The notes beneath the pieces were generated by a model that ran no database searches, was not told the DNA's origin, and saw only the letters and a list, made by a program, of their open reading frames with translations. A program made the position numbers and the translations under genes. Positions 28,114-37,783 of a DNA stretch of 64,000 bases are shown piece after piece. This stretch comes from Patescibacteria group bacterium (GTDB lineage Bacteria; Patescibacteriota; Microgenomatia; Levybacterales; GWA1-39-11): positions 5,082 to 69,081 of the forward strand of contig DASZRC010000012.1 in the NCBI GenBank assembly GCA_035549315.1, written 5' to 3'. Position 1 is the stretch's first letter; the number at the start of each line of letters is the position of its first letter.

Positions 28114-28250
28114 TTTGTTGTGAGGATTGCGGGAGAGGGCATTAGTTTTTCGCTTGTGAAAGCTAGTAGTTTTTTAGACTACAGACTTATATTCTCCCCC
28201 GCAAGAACGCGTTTGGCTTGTGGCCTTAGCGTTAATCCACACCTTCGTTA

Positions 28251-28637
28251 TTAGGGATCTACTGTTGGTTCCGGACCTATTGCTTTGGTTTTGCTTCTCG
28301 AGCTCTCTTCTATGAGCGTTACGTCTATTTCAATTTCCCCATAGGCAGTTACGACAGATTCTAAATCTGCGATCAACTGATCGATTAGCTGATCGTCGCC
28401 ATCTTTGGGGCGTGGAATCGAGCTTGAGGAAACCGGAAAGTAAACTTTTAAAGCAATTTCCCCGCCATCGTAATAGTCCACCTGTGGAATCCAGCGAACA
28501 GGAATCGAGGTACCTTGTTTTAGGCTGGGAAAGGCCTTCCTAATAGATGCTTGCCATAAGTGGGCGAGTTCTTCTCGGCTTTCGAACCCAATGTCGTCGA
28601 TCATGTTCCCATCAATAAACGCATGGACTTCGTGCAC
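28251..28637 (-). CDS. hypothetical acidic protein (GTG start) in GC-rich islet
   Basis: 128-aa ORF; GTG start with GAGAGG 8 nt upstream; local GC ~48-50% versus ~37% background. Confidence 0.4.
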   Translation of the reverse strand: MHEVHAFIDGNMIDDIGFESREELAHLWQASIRKAFPSLKQGTSIPVRWIPQVDYYDGGEIALKVYFPVSSSSIPRPKDGDDQLIDQLIADLESVVTAYGEIEIDVTLIEESSRSKTKAIGPEPTVDP

Positions 28638-28684
28638 TTGATTGGCCTCTCGTTGAATATGTTGCTAGCTAGTTGGTTATGTGA

Positions 28685-28783
28685 CTAGGCCGGGATGTTG
28701 ATGGGTGGATCTTCGCCAAAGATAATGTCGATTACCTTGACAAGAATGAGTACCGCCAGCGCGACGATAATGATCTTCTTCAC
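28685..28783 (-). CDS. candidate 32-aa single-TM peptide (VKKIIIVALAVLILVKVIDIIFGEDPPINIPA)
   Basis: GTG start 7 nt after GAGGAG and 11 nt downstream of the zinc-ribbon ORF stop (translational coupling); not in the ORF track (<60 aa). Confidence 0.25.
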   Translation of the reverse strand: MKKIIIVALAVLILVKVIDIIFGEDPPINIPA

Positions 28784-28796
28784 CGTTTTCTCCTCT

Positions 28797-28979
28797 CTAG
28801 TGTTCGTCCATGAACAGACAAGGGCAGGGCCGTTGTGTGCCTTTCTCGCCGTTGTCTATCACAGCTTTGCCATTGCAGCGACTGCAGTTGCCCAACGCTA
28901 TCTTGTGAACTGGTTCATGTGGCCAGTCTTCCAAGACTTTTTGGGGAACTTCCTTACCGTTTCGAGCTGTTGCTTCCAC
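28797..28979 (-). CDS. small 4-Cys zinc-ribbon protein (60 aa)
   Basis: C-x2-C-x17-C-x-C (CSRCNGKAV...RPCPCLF); GTG start with GGGAGG 5 nt upstream; lies in the GC-rich islet. Confidence 0.35.
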   Translation of the reverse strand: MEATARNGKEVPQKVLEDWPHEPVHKIALGNCSRCNGKAVIDNGEKGTQRPCPCLFMDEH

Positions 28980-29162
28980 GTATTCCTCCCAAAAGATATT
29001 AGTATTTCCCTAATGTGTGAAGGTGCAAATAAAGCGTCCCGACGGGGGGCACCTTATTTGTGACATGCTATCGCTTTCGCGAAAATCACAGAACGTACCT
29101 CCACAGGGAACTTTGAAGGAAATTATAACAAATTAGAGGACATTTTACAAAAAACTATAAGA

Positions 29163-30152
29163 TTAGTATCCGCGGTTTTTATCTACCAAAGTTTTCATCT
29201 TTTTTTGGGCTAAATAATCTTTTAGATTATTTATAAAAATGTTTGTAACTCTGTCCGGATATTTTGGAGTCCAAGAAGAAGTGTGAGGAGTAATAATAAC
29301 ATTATCAAAGTCCCACAGCGGAGAGTCTTGCGGTAATGGCTCAGTGTCTGTTACGTCCAGTGCGGCTCCTGCAATAATTTTATTATTTAGCGCCAAAATT
29401 AGGTCATTTTCTGCAACCGTTTTTCCTCGTCCTATATTGATAAAGTAAGAGGTACGTTTCATTTTGTTAAACGATTCGGTATTGAAGTAGTGAAGCGTTT
29501 TGTTAGTTAATGGAAGGCAGTCAACAACAAAATCGGACACTTTTAGTAGTTCATCTAGACTATTAAAAACTGTATCAACAATATTTTTGGGGAAAATATC
29601 TTTTTCATGTTTCAATGTTACAACCTGCATGCCAATAGCTTTTGATACCTTTGCAACTTGTGTACCAATATTTCCAAGTCCTACAATTCCAACAGTTGAT
29701 CCATTTAACTCTAGGCCTTTTACTAAATCAAAATCCCTTATCCATTCACGCTTTGTAACCTGGTTTCTAAAAGTGATATTTGCTCTTTTTGCAAACATTA
29801 ACATATAGCAAAGAACTTGTTCTGCAATAGGAATTGGGTGAGTGCCGGATGCATTTGTTAAAAGAATATCTGTATCTTTTAATTTTTCTGCAATGTCAGT
29901 TACTCCTGCAGAAGTTGTTTGTATCCATTTAAGCTTTTTTGCCTTTTCAAATGGGATATCTGCAAGTGGATAAGACCCCACTGTATAAAGTAATATTTCG
30001 GCATCAGAAATGAACTTTTCTACTTCATTTTTGTCCAAAGTGAAGTTAATAGTGGCATCCGGAATTACCTTTTTTATTTCATCAATGTGCTTTTTAGAAA
30101 AGTTTGCAATTGTTTTGTGGGGATCAGAAGAGCCAATAATTAACAAATTCAT
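29163..30152 (-). CDS. D-isomer-specific 2-hydroxyacid dehydrogenase family protein
   Basis: NAD-binding 'GIVGLGNIGTQVAKVSKAIGMQV' and catalytic-domain pattern 'IGRGKTV...ALNNKIIAGAALDVTDTEPL'. Confidence 0.8.
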   Translation of the reverse strand: MNLLIIGSSDPHKTIANFSKKHIDEIKKVIPDATINFTLDKNEVEKFISDAEILLYTVGSYPLADIPFEKAKKLKWIQTTSAGVTDIAEKLKDTDILLTNASGTHPIPIAEQVLCYMLMFAKRANITFRNQVTKREWIRDFDLVKGLELNGSTVGIVGLGNIGTQVAKVSKAIGMQVVTLKHEKDIFPKNIVDTVFNSLDELLKVSDFVVDCLPLTNKTLHYFNTESFNKMKRTSYFINIGRGKTVAENDLILALNNKIIAGAALDVTDTEPLPQDSPLWDFDNVIITPHTSSWTPKYPDRVTNIFINNLKDYLAQKKMKTLVDKNRGY

Positions 30153-30199
30153 TAGCTAATTATACAGCAGAAACTTAGGTTTAATAAAGCAAAATAGCC

Positions 30200-30886
30200 T
30201 TAATTATTCTTAAGAGATACGAGAATTCCTTTTATTTCATCCATTATATCTTTATCGGCAGGATCTGGAGTTGTTATTGTTATTGCTCCAAAAGATGTCG
30301 GGGCGCCATATGTTTTTCCATCTGTTGATGAGCATACCGTGTAATTAATTTTCCCCGGCTGGTTTCCCGTTTTATTCCAAGAAATCCTAAATTTAGTTGT
30401 ACCATCTACTTGAGTAAAATCCGTAAACTTTTGTGCCATTGGTTGGTCCGCGTCTCCCGGGTACAAACATCCGCCGCCTCCAATCGGAGCTCTGTAAATA
30501 GATAGAGAATAAGCGCCTTTTGTAATTGTGAGTTTATCCGTAATATCTGTTTTTTCTTGTGTATCTGTCCATCCACCTGGAATCTTTACGGAATATGCCT
30601 TAAAACTGCTTCCTGTAGCATTAGGCAAGTTAATTGTTTTAGATGGTAGGGTTGTTAGGGTTGGGCTGGTAGAGGCACTAGGTGTACTTGTAACCATGAC
30701 TTCCTTAGTCGGCATAGCAGTTGGTGTAGGAACTGGCGAATTTTGTTTCTTAGCAATATCACCTATATAGTATCCGCCACCAATAAGTACGGCAGTTGCA
30801 ATAATTATTGCCATGAGCTTTCCAAAAAGGGAAAAGAAGTCCCTTTTTTCACCACTTGATGAGTGATCGTCATCCATTAGGTGCAA
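30200..30886 (-). CDS. membrane-anchored hypothetical protein with PT-rich linker
   Basis: TM 'LMAIIIATAVLIGGGYYIG'; linker 'PVPTPTAMPTKEVMVTSTPSASTSPTLTTLPS'; Cys-containing C-domain. Confidence 0.5.
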   Translation of the reverse strand: MHLMDDDHSSSGEKRDFFSLFGKLMAIIIATAVLIGGGYYIGDIAKKQNSPVPTPTAMPTKEVMVTSTPSASTSPTLTTLPSKTINLPNATGSSFKAYSVKIPGGWTDTQEKTDITDKLTITKGAYSLSIYRAPIGGGGCLYPGDADQPMAQKFTDFTQVDGTTKFRISWNKTGNQPGKINYTVCSSTDGKTYGAPTSFGAITITTPDPADKDIMDEIKGILVSLKNN

Positions 30887-30916
30887 TTAAAGCAAATGTA
30901 AGCGTAAAAGGCAAAT

Positions 30917-32323
30917 TTAATTTGCAAAGTCTTGTGTTGCCATGAGTCCGTAGTGGGGGTCTGATACTACACCAATTCCAATTCTGTTGTAGGCTCCATT
31001 CAAAATATTGGCGCGGTGACCTGCAGAATTCATCCATGCATTAACAATAATGTCAGCTGTTGGTCCGGCTCCTATGTTTTCTGCAGCGGCAGTAAATGTT
31101 ACTCCTCCAATTTTCATTCTTTGGAAGGGATCAAGTCCATCCGGATTAATATGTTCAAAGAAATTACGGGTTACCATATCTTGGCTGTGGGCGCGTGCAA
31201 CATTAGAAATGGTTGGATCAAGAGTTAGTGCGCCAAGCCCATTTTGAGCTCTTTGGGCATTTGTAAGCCTTAATATATCAAGTTCTGCTTGGTTGGTATC
31301 GCTTTGTGGCTGCTGAGTTACTGGTTGTTGTCCGCCACTTGGCTGATTGGGAGTGCTTGTTGGTTGTACAAATGGAGGAGTAGTAGGCTGTACTTGTTGG
31401 TATTGGAAAGGTGGTTGTGTGGGCGCAGCAATAGTTGGTTGGACTTGTTGTCCACCAGATGGCTGAGGTGTGGGGGTAGCAGTAGGTGGAAAAATAAAAA
31501 ATCCTTTTGCTGGTCCGGCGGCTGGCGGAGGAGTAGGCTCTATATTTTGTCCCTGACTATTATATGGAGGAGTAGGCGTAGGTAGAAAATGCAAGCTAAA
31601 ACTATATTTGGGCGCTTGAGTGGGGGTAGCGCCTGTTGGCTGATTATTTGTTGGTGGTACAAAAGCCTGCTGTCCGCCATTATTATCCTTCTGAGCATCT
31701 ACATTTTGCTTAAAATTGTCTACAGCTTTTTGGCTTGGTTGGCTTTTGTTATTTTCTGAATCAGAGTATGTGTCATAGGTAAAAGGATCTTTTATATGAT
31801 ATGCAACTCCATTAAATATTCCGGTATCTTTTAGACCAAGCGGAGCATAATAAATTTTGTAAGACAGTGGTTTTACTATTTTGGAATCCCCTATATATGT
31901 TTGTAATTTAGGGTGAGTTGTACTTGCCGAAACTAAAAATGTAAATACAAAAAAGCATATGAAAAATGAAGCTACAAGGGATGGAAAAATATTTAGGATC
32001 CAATCAATATGATGAAAGAAAACAAACCTATCTATCCCCGTAGATTTACCGGTTACTGTAAAAAATATTTTTTTAAAATTGAAAAAACGCCACAAGATAA
32101 TAAATAAAACTCCTTGGATAATTAATGCTTCCTGTAGGTTTGTTATTGGTAATTTGAATGGATTAGCTGAGGAGACAATTACACCCACTGCAATACAGAT
32201 AATTGTTATTACCAAAAATTTGGTGAAAGAGTAGAAAGAATAAAACCAACCTAACTTATATATAGTTAGGGCAACGAGTAAAAAAGCAGAAACTCCAACA
32301 GCATCAACTAAAGGGATGTACAT
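30917..32323 (-). CDS. polytopic membrane protein with Pro/Gln-rich linker and C-terminal CAP/SCP/PR-1 (YkwD-like) domain
   Basis: C-terminal 'LNAQRAQNGLGALTLDP...ARAHSQDMVTRNFFEH...AENIGAG...NAWMNSAGHRANILNGAYNRIGIGVV' fits the CAP superfamily. Confidence 0.65.
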   Translation of the reverse strand: MYIPLVDAVGVSAFLLVALTIYKLGWFYSFYSFTKFLVITIICIAVGVIVSSANPFKLPITNLQEALIIQGVLFIILWRFFNFKKIFFTVTGKSTGIDRFVFFHHIDWILNIFPSLVASFFICFFVFTFLVSASTTHPKLQTYIGDSKIVKPLSYKIYYAPLGLKDTGIFNGVAYHIKDPFTYDTYSDSENNKSQPSQKAVDNFKQNVDAQKDNNGGQQAFVPPTNNQPTGATPTQAPKYSFSLHFLPTPTPPYNSQGQNIEPTPPPAAGPAKGFFIFPPTATPTPQPSGGQQVQPTIAAPTQPPFQYQQVQPTTPPFVQPTSTPNQPSGGQQPVTQQPQSDTNQAELDILRLTNAQRAQNGLGALTLDPTISNVARAHSQDMVTRNFFEHINPDGLDPFQRMKIGGVTFTAAAENIGAGPTADIIVNAWMNSAGHRANILNGAYNRIGIGVVSDPHYGLMATQDFAN

Positions 32324-32326
32324 ATC

Positions 32327-32710
32327 TTATTCTTTTTCAATTACGTCCTTCAATTTGTCTAAGACCTCTTGAGTAAATGGATTTTCAGGCTCTCCATTAT
32401 CTACCCATTCAGAATATTCCAATTCAGATGATTCATTGTTAATTGGCGTTACAACATATTTAACTCGATAATTCCCTTTGGTTTCGCTCATGGTAAAGGA
32501 TTTACCATCCTCAAATTCTGTGATTTTGTATTCTGTCCATGTTGGATCGTTGTATCTTTTGTTTTTATAAATAGTGCCTAATTTAGAGGGTTTTTCATTT
32601 GTCTCTTCTTTTTCAATAGTATCAATCCACTTAGGTGTATTATCCGGATTTAGACAAAATTCGAATACAACAGCCGCTGGTTTATTTACTATAACTTTTA
32701 GTGTATTCAT
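32327..32710 (-). CDS. SRPBCC (Bet v1/START-like) family protein
   Basis: 127-aa ORF with alternating beta/alpha pattern typical of SRPBCC ligand-binding proteins; weak assignment. Confidence 0.4.
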   Translation of the reverse strand: MNTLKVIVNKPAAVVFEFCLNPDNTPKWIDTIEKEETNEKPSKLGTIYKNKRYNDPTWTEYKITEFEDGKSFTMSETKGNYRVKYVVTPINNESSELEYSEWVDNGEPENPFTQEVLDKLKDVIEKE

Positions 32711-32952
32711 TTTTTCTTATTCTTTATTTTCCAACTTTGGAATACTAATGTAAACCACATAAGAGAGGTTAAAAATGTTATTCCTGCAGTAAACCATAGA
32801 TGAAGGGTTGTATAAACAAGAGAAAAAATAAATACAGTCAGGCCTGTTAAAAAGCTTGTTCCAATTGCGGGTTTATTTTTGCTCGTGATTGATGGAACTA
32901 GAGCTGCTATAAATACAAAATTTCCCACTGTAAATACAAAGTCTTGCCACAT
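32707..32952 (-). CDS. small membrane protein (2-3 TM)
   Basis: 81 aa, hydrophobic; 4-nt overlap with the downstream gene. Confidence 0.4.
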   Translation of the reverse strand: MWQDFVFTVGNFVFIAALVPSITSKNKPAIGTSFLTGLTVFIFSLVYTTLHLWFTAGITFLTSLMWFTLVFQSWKIKNKKK

Positions 32953-33034
32953 AGATATTAATTTCCAATTACCAAATTACAATTTATCAATTTTTGATTA
33001 TATTTTAAAATTGGTTTGATCATTAATTAATTGA

Positions 33035-33787
33035 TTATTGAAATGAAATGCTGTGGGGAATATTCCAGAAAGCGGATTGAAAAGAGCTTGATTTTGTACC
33101 GGCTGGTGGTAGGCATCCGGTTTTGCTACCGGAATTTTGGAGTGGTGCAATCTGAAAAATATAATCTCCTTTTTTAACAATGTAGGAAGGAGCAACAATA
33201 GATGGAACCGGGGGAACATAGTTTTCCTGAGCCTTAGCAGGACCTATTAAGACCGCGTCATCTGATCCTTTTACATTTACATAAGGATTGTCTGATTTCA
33301 TTGGGATAACAGTATAGCTTTTTGCATCTCCTCCTTGGCTAGTAATAAAGTTATCTATTGAGCCGTTGTAGTTGTTAACAATAATCCCCATCATATTATC
33401 AAGTTGTATAAATGTTGAGGACTTTGTCCAAGGAGATACCTTGATTCCATTGCCACAAGCTCCAAGAATTACTTTTTTGCATGAGCCTCCATCAAAGCAG
33501 CCAGGTTCTTGAATATATCCTTCCGCCGGATATTTAATAGTAATTCCATATTGTTCATTGGTGTATGTATTCCAGTTTGTGATGGGGTATTGTTTGCCTT
33601 GGTTATATTCTGCGTAAGTTAAGGATTTTGGAAGATCTGTTTTTTTTGCTGTAGTTAGCCTATATGCCATTGCCAGACAAATAACTACCAAGATAAATCC
33701 AATCAAAAGTACAAAGGGCGTTAGGATTACAAGTTCTTGTGATCCGGATAATTTTACGTTTTTTCTCTGTGGTTTTTTAATTTGCAT
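33035..33787 (-). CDS. membrane-anchored extracellular hypothetical protein
   Basis: Basic N-terminus then TM 'LVILTPFVLLIGFILVVICLAMAY'; Cys-containing extracellular domain. Confidence 0.5.
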   Translation of the reverse strand: MQIKKPQRKNVKLSGSQELVILTPFVLLIGFILVVICLAMAYRLTTAKKTDLPKSLTYAEYNQGKQYPITNWNTYTNEQYGITIKYPAEGYIQEPGCFDGGSCKKVILGACGNGIKVSPWTKSSTFIQLDNMMGIIVNNYNGSIDNFITSQGGDAKSYTVIPMKSDNPYVNVKGSDDAVLIGPAKAQENYVPPVPSIVAPSYIVKKGDYIFQIAPLQNSGSKTGCLPPAGTKSSSFQSAFWNIPHSISFQ

Positions 33788-33807
33788 ACATTCTAGTATA
33801 GCAGTAA

Positions 33808-34266
33808 TTAGAAAATTTCAACCCTAGTTCCTACATCTGCCCAATTGTATAGCCATTGTGCTGACAATAGGGGGACGTTTACGCATCCGTGGGAAGCAGG
33901 TCTTCCAAAATTATTGTGCCAATAAGCTCCGTGGATTGCATAGGCTTGGTAAAAATACATAACATTTGGAACGTTTTTCACTAAGTAGCTGCCGCTTGGA
34001 TAAATATTTTTGTAAGGGGAGGGTCCGCGCATGTCTTGGAGAGGAATCTTGGATTGGATTGTAAAGCTGCCTTTTACTGTTGGGGTTAGATACATACCCG
34101 TTGATACCGGAGTTCTATATTGCAGTAGGCCATCTTTCCAGGCGTATAGCATTTGTTTTGCAAGATCAACGGTTATTAGTTTATTTGTAGTTATTATTTC
34201 TTGAGCATTAGCTTTGGGAGTAAATATAAAGAATAAAAAAAATAGGACAAGGATAATTCGCTTCAC
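33808..34266 (-). CDS. L,D-transpeptidase (YkuD family)
   Basis: Signal peptide; catalytic motif 'HGAYWHNNFGRPASHGCVNVP'. Confidence 0.8.
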   Translation of the reverse strand: MKRIILVLFFLFFIFTPKANAQEIITTNKLITVDLAKQMLYAWKDGLLQYRTPVSTGMYLTPTVKGSFTIQSKIPLQDMRGPSPYKNIYPSGSYLVKNVPNVMYFYQAYAIHGAYWHNNFGRPASHGCVNVPLLSAQWLYNWADVGTRVEIF

Positions 34267-34306
34267 ATAATTAGTATTGCACTAATTGGTTGTTGCCTCA
34301 AGAAGC

Positions 34307-35176
34307 TTATTTGAGTTTGTTTATATTTGTCCAATCACCCTCACCCTTGTTCTTTTTAATTCCTTCTTCAAGACGTGCTAGAGTAGCGTCTAGAAGTGGG
34401 GTTTTTATTTTTCCTTGCCCACCGTAGCCTTGGCGAAGACGGGCTGTGTAGCGCAGATCCTTTGTCATCCAATTAAGTGAAAAGCTGGTTTCCTTTGGTG
34501 GATTTTGGTAATTGGTCCAAGCCCCTTTTGTTGCGGTTCCGCCGGGACGTTCAGATAAAAAGTCTCCAACTTTTTTTACATCTTGCCCGGTAGCTTTTGC
34601 AACTCTTAATACTTCACCAAGAGCTACACCATGGATTGCCTGGAGAGTATTAAGTAGTAATTTAAATTTCATGCCAGCGCCTTCTTTTCCAAAATAAGTA
34701 ACACTTCCGGAAATCGCCTTTAAATCCCCTTCGATCGTTTTAAGCTTAAGTGCGTTACCGCCAACGAGTAAAAATAATTTTCCGGATTCTGCAGCTGGCC
34801 TTCCGCCGGTCATTGGCATATCAAAGAAAGTTAGCTTTTTCTTTTTACATTCACTTATTAATTTTTCTGTCCAATCAATTGATAAGGTAGCGCAGGTTAT
34901 GAGAATAGAATCTTTTTTTGCGCCCGCTCTTATTCCGTCTTTTCCAAACCAAACGGCTTTGGATGATTCATCATTTGCGGTCACTTCAAAAACCATATCG
35001 GCCATTTCGGCTGCCTCGCGTGGGCTCGATGCTTTTACAGCACCTTTTTTAAGAAGAGGGGCAATCCTTTTGGGGTTTCTGTTCCAAACAATCACTTTGT
35101 ATTTGTTTTTAAGAAAGTTACTGGCAATACCATTTCCCATTATTCCGGTACCAATAACTGCAACAGATCTTTTCAT
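34307..35176 (-). CDS. NAD(P)-dependent oxidoreductase, 3-hydroxyisobutyrate dehydrogenase/6-PGDH-like family
   Basis: N-terminal Rossmann 'VAVIGTGIMGNGIASNFLKNKYKVIVWNRNPKR' and the family's C-terminal all-alpha domain pattern. Confidence 0.7.
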   Translation of the reverse strand: MKRSVAVIGTGIMGNGIASNFLKNKYKVIVWNRNPKRIAPLLKKGAVKASSPREAAEMADMVFEVTANDESSKAVWFGKDGIRAGAKKDSILITCATLSIDWTEKLISECKKKKLTFFDMPMTGGRPAAESGKLFLLVGGNALKLKTIEGDLKAISGSVTYFGKEGAGMKFKLLLNTLQAIHGVALGEVLRVAKATGQDVKKVGDFLSERPGGTATKGAWTNYQNPPKETSFSLNWMTKDLRYTARLRQGYGGQGKIKTPLLDATLARLEEGIKKNKGEGDWTNINKLK

Positions 35177-35195
35177 AAAAAAGGATTATATCAGA

Positions 35196-36344
35196 TTATC
35201 TTGCTTGAGGTTCTAGTAAGTGTTCTATTCCTTTTTTGGCTACAACAAGTCCCGCGGCAGCAACACCAACTGTTGCAACTTTTTTACCTATATCTTCCGG
35301 CAATTTATTTTTTATCTCTCGAACGAGCGTTGTAACTTCACCTTCCGGTAGGACTATATTATCTCGAATTTCCTGAGCAGTTTCTTCAAAGGTTTTGAAT
35401 TCAAATCCATAATCTTCGTGAGCTCTCTTGGCTATAAACTGTCTTTGTCCGCCCTCCAATGCAAATGCTAAAACCTCACGTGATACAGGCTGGGTTTTAT
35501 TATGTACATACTTCATGCAAAGTAGAACTGTGTCACCTACGGCTTTTGCTTTCCAAGAAGCAATTGGTACAGTTGGCATTTTAACGTCTGTTAGATCTGC
35601 AAACAATTTAAATATCTCATTAGTGTTTATCATTCCATTTATAAGTAAATACCTATCATGTTGTGCCAGATGAGGATTTGCTGCGAGTTGTATAAACATG
35701 TTGGCAACGTCTTCCTGGTTACTCCATGCAATTTCTTTATTAAGAAGTGCACGCATTCCAAATCTGGTTGCGCCATTACGTATTAAACGTGGAGTAGCTT
35801 TTGCCCAGCTAGATTCTGAACTGAGTGTCATACCTGGTATTCCTTGTAATACTTTGTAATCAGAGCCAGGTGTTTCAAGCATCTTAGCCTCTTTGAATGC
35901 ATTTATTTTAGATAATCCGTAAGCAGATTTAGCTATTGGATCCGTGTCTTCATCAATAACACCTTTTTCATTTCCTGCGTTTTGAGCAATGCTTCCTGCT
36001 ATGACAAGTGGTAGTCCAAATCGAGCCGCAACAATGGCGATCTTAAGGGTAGCAAGACGATTGGTTCTATCATGTAGTTCAAAATCATTTTTCTCGCTTG
36101 TGCTTGCTGCCAAGTGGATTACTGCATCCATTCCTTCAAGAGCCTTATAAAAGTCTTCTATGGGGGAGTTTTCTATGTCAAGATATCTTACGGGAAGATT
36201 TTGTGCCACACGATGGGCGATATAGGCTTCATTACGAACAGCGGGAACTAGATTAAGATTAGGGTACTTGTGGGCTTGGCGCATAACTTCACTACCAATT
36301 CCGCCGGTTGCTCCAGTCACTAAAATATTTCTGATTTCTTTCAT
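35196..36344 (-). CDS. NAD-dependent epimerase/dehydratase (extended/atypical SDR) family protein
   Basis: 'ILVTGATGGIGSEV' Rossmann motif; 382 aa. Confidence 0.6.
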   Translation of the reverse strand: MKEIRNILVTGATGGIGSEVMRQAHKYPNLNLVPAVRNEAYIAHRVAQNLPVRYLDIENSPIEDFYKALEGMDAVIHLAASTSEKNDFELHDRTNRLATLKIAIVAARFGLPLVIAGSIAQNAGNEKGVIDEDTDPIAKSAYGLSKINAFKEAKMLETPGSDYKVLQGIPGMTLSSESSWAKATPRLIRNGATRFGMRALLNKEIAWSNQEDVANMFIQLAANPHLAQHDRYLLINGMINTNEIFKLFADLTDVKMPTVPIASWKAKAVGDTVLLCMKYVHNKTQPVSREVLAFALEGGQRQFIAKRAHEDYGFEFKTFEETAQEIRDNIVLPEGEVTTLVREIKNKLPEDIGKKVATVGVAAAGLVVAKKGIEHLLEPQAR

Positions 36345-36418
36345 AGGAGTAGGATTATACCAAAATACCTATCCTATAGCAAAATGCAGCGAAATTATTT
36401 AAGTTATATAATGAAATT

Positions 36419-37144
36419 ATGATTAAAAAGATCCACAAAAAAACACGCGAGGCACATGAGTTTATTAAAAACTCAAAAATTGGTCTAATTGTTTTTTCAG
36501 AAATAATACTAGGAATGCTTGCAGTAATTGGATCAATTGTAGTTTTAGTTAAAATTCGGGAAGAGGTTTTTGAAAATGATTTAAATATATTTGATAACAA
36601 CATCCTTCACTTTTTATATTCTATTAGAACACCATTTCTCAATGAAATTATGATTTTCATAACAAATCTTGGAGGGGATTTTGTGGTGATTTTAGGAATA
36701 TTAATAATAGCTTATCTTTTTATTAAAAACCATAATCGCGCAGCATTAATAATGGGACTAGTTTTAATTATGAGTGGGATTTTAGATACAGTTCTCAAGG
36801 ATATAGTTAAAAGACCCCGCCCACAATTTCATCCGCTAGTTACAGAAACCGGATATAGTTTTCCGTCGGGGCATGCTATGAACTCTTTTGTTTTTTATGC
36901 AGTTCTTTCATATCTGGTTTTTTATTTTACCAAATCAAAAAAATTGGCAATTATCTTTGCAATAGTTTCTATGTTATTGGTTTTGTTAATTGGGATTAGC
37001 CGAGTTTATCTTGGAGTTCATTATCCTTCAGACGTAATAGCAGGCTATATTGCTGGTTTTAGTTGGTTTATGTCTTTAGTACTAGTTGAAAGAACGCTTA
37101 AATTTTTTAAGTTATTCCAGGAGCATGCGGAGGTTAGAAAATAA
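36419..37144 (+). CDS. PAP2-family phosphatase
   Basis: 'KRPRPQF', 'PSGHAMNSFVFY', 'SRVYLGVHYPSDVIAGY' motifs; multi-TM. Confidence 0.75.
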   Translation: MIKKIHKKTREAHEFIKNSKIGLIVFSEIILGMLAVIGSIVVLVKIREEVFENDLNIFDNNILHFLYSIRTPFLNEIMIFITNLGGDFVVILGILIIAYLFIKNHNRAALIMGLVLIMSGILDTVLKDIVKRPRPQFHPLVTETGYSFPSGHAMNSFVFYAVLSYLVFYFTKSKKLAIIFAIVSMLLVLLIGISRVYLGVHYPSDVIAGYIAGFSWFMSLVLVERTLKFFKLFQEHAEVRK

Positions 37145-37285
37145 TGCGGACTCCGCCCAAATCATCGTATTCAAATGGATGGAAATGATGAATTGACCCA
37201 ATCATTATTGATTTGCCCCATGTATAAATAATACAACAAAAAATTCTTACAAAGTATTTATATTCATTTAGGATAATAGCTTGAA

Positions 37286-37783
37286 ATGAAAAAGGTTCAA
37301 AAAGTAAAAACAATTACAAGGCAAAATAGATACATGACCATTTCAAGTTCTAGTCTCAAAGGTAAGCCTTGGATATCACCGGTATTCTATGCCTATGATG
37401 ATGACTACAATCTTTATTGGGTTTCAAGTAAAAATGCTAGACATTCAAAAAATATAAAACAAAATCCACATATAGCAATTGTTATTTTTAATTCAACAAA
37501 AGGAGAAGGAGAAGGAGACGCAGTTTATATAGAAGCAGACGTTAAAATTCTTATGGAGGATAAAGAAATAGAGCATGGAATGGAGTTTTATAATAATCGC
37601 GCTTCTAAGCCGGATCTGATGGTTAAAAATCCGGCCAGCGTCAGAGGAGGCAATGAATGGAGATTTTATAGGGCCACTCCAAAAAAAGTTTATAAATCAG
37701 GAGACAAAGAGGTTAAGGTAGATGGTCAGCATGTGGATACTAGAGTAAAAATAAATCTGTCTTCCATAAAGGACTTAATTTAA
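37286..37783 (+). CDS. pyridoxamine 5'-phosphate oxidase-like FMN-binding split-barrel family protein
   Basis: Pattern 'KPWISPVFYAYDDDYNLYWVSSKNARHSKNIKQNPHIAIVIF' typical of PNPOx-like general-stress proteins. Confidence 0.45.
   Translation: MKKVQKVKTITRQNRYMTISSSSLKGKPWISPVFYAYDDDYNLYWVSSKNARHSKNIKQNPHIAIVIFNSTKGEGEGDAVYIEADVKILMEDKEIEHGMEFYNNRASKPDLMVKNPASVRGGNEWRFYRATPKKVYKSGDKEVKVDGQHVDTRVKINLSSIKDLI

Noticed and set aside
28695-29063. 122-aa plus-strand ORF in the GC-rich islet
   Set aside because: Overlaps three minus-strand ORFs that each have SD plus start codon; no SD of its own; elevated GC inflates random ORF length. Not fully excluded.
32998-33219. 73-aa minus-strand ORF overlapping the 5' part of 33035..33787
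   Set aside because: Same strand, different frame, fully overlapped by the longer ORF that has a TM anchor; likely artefact.
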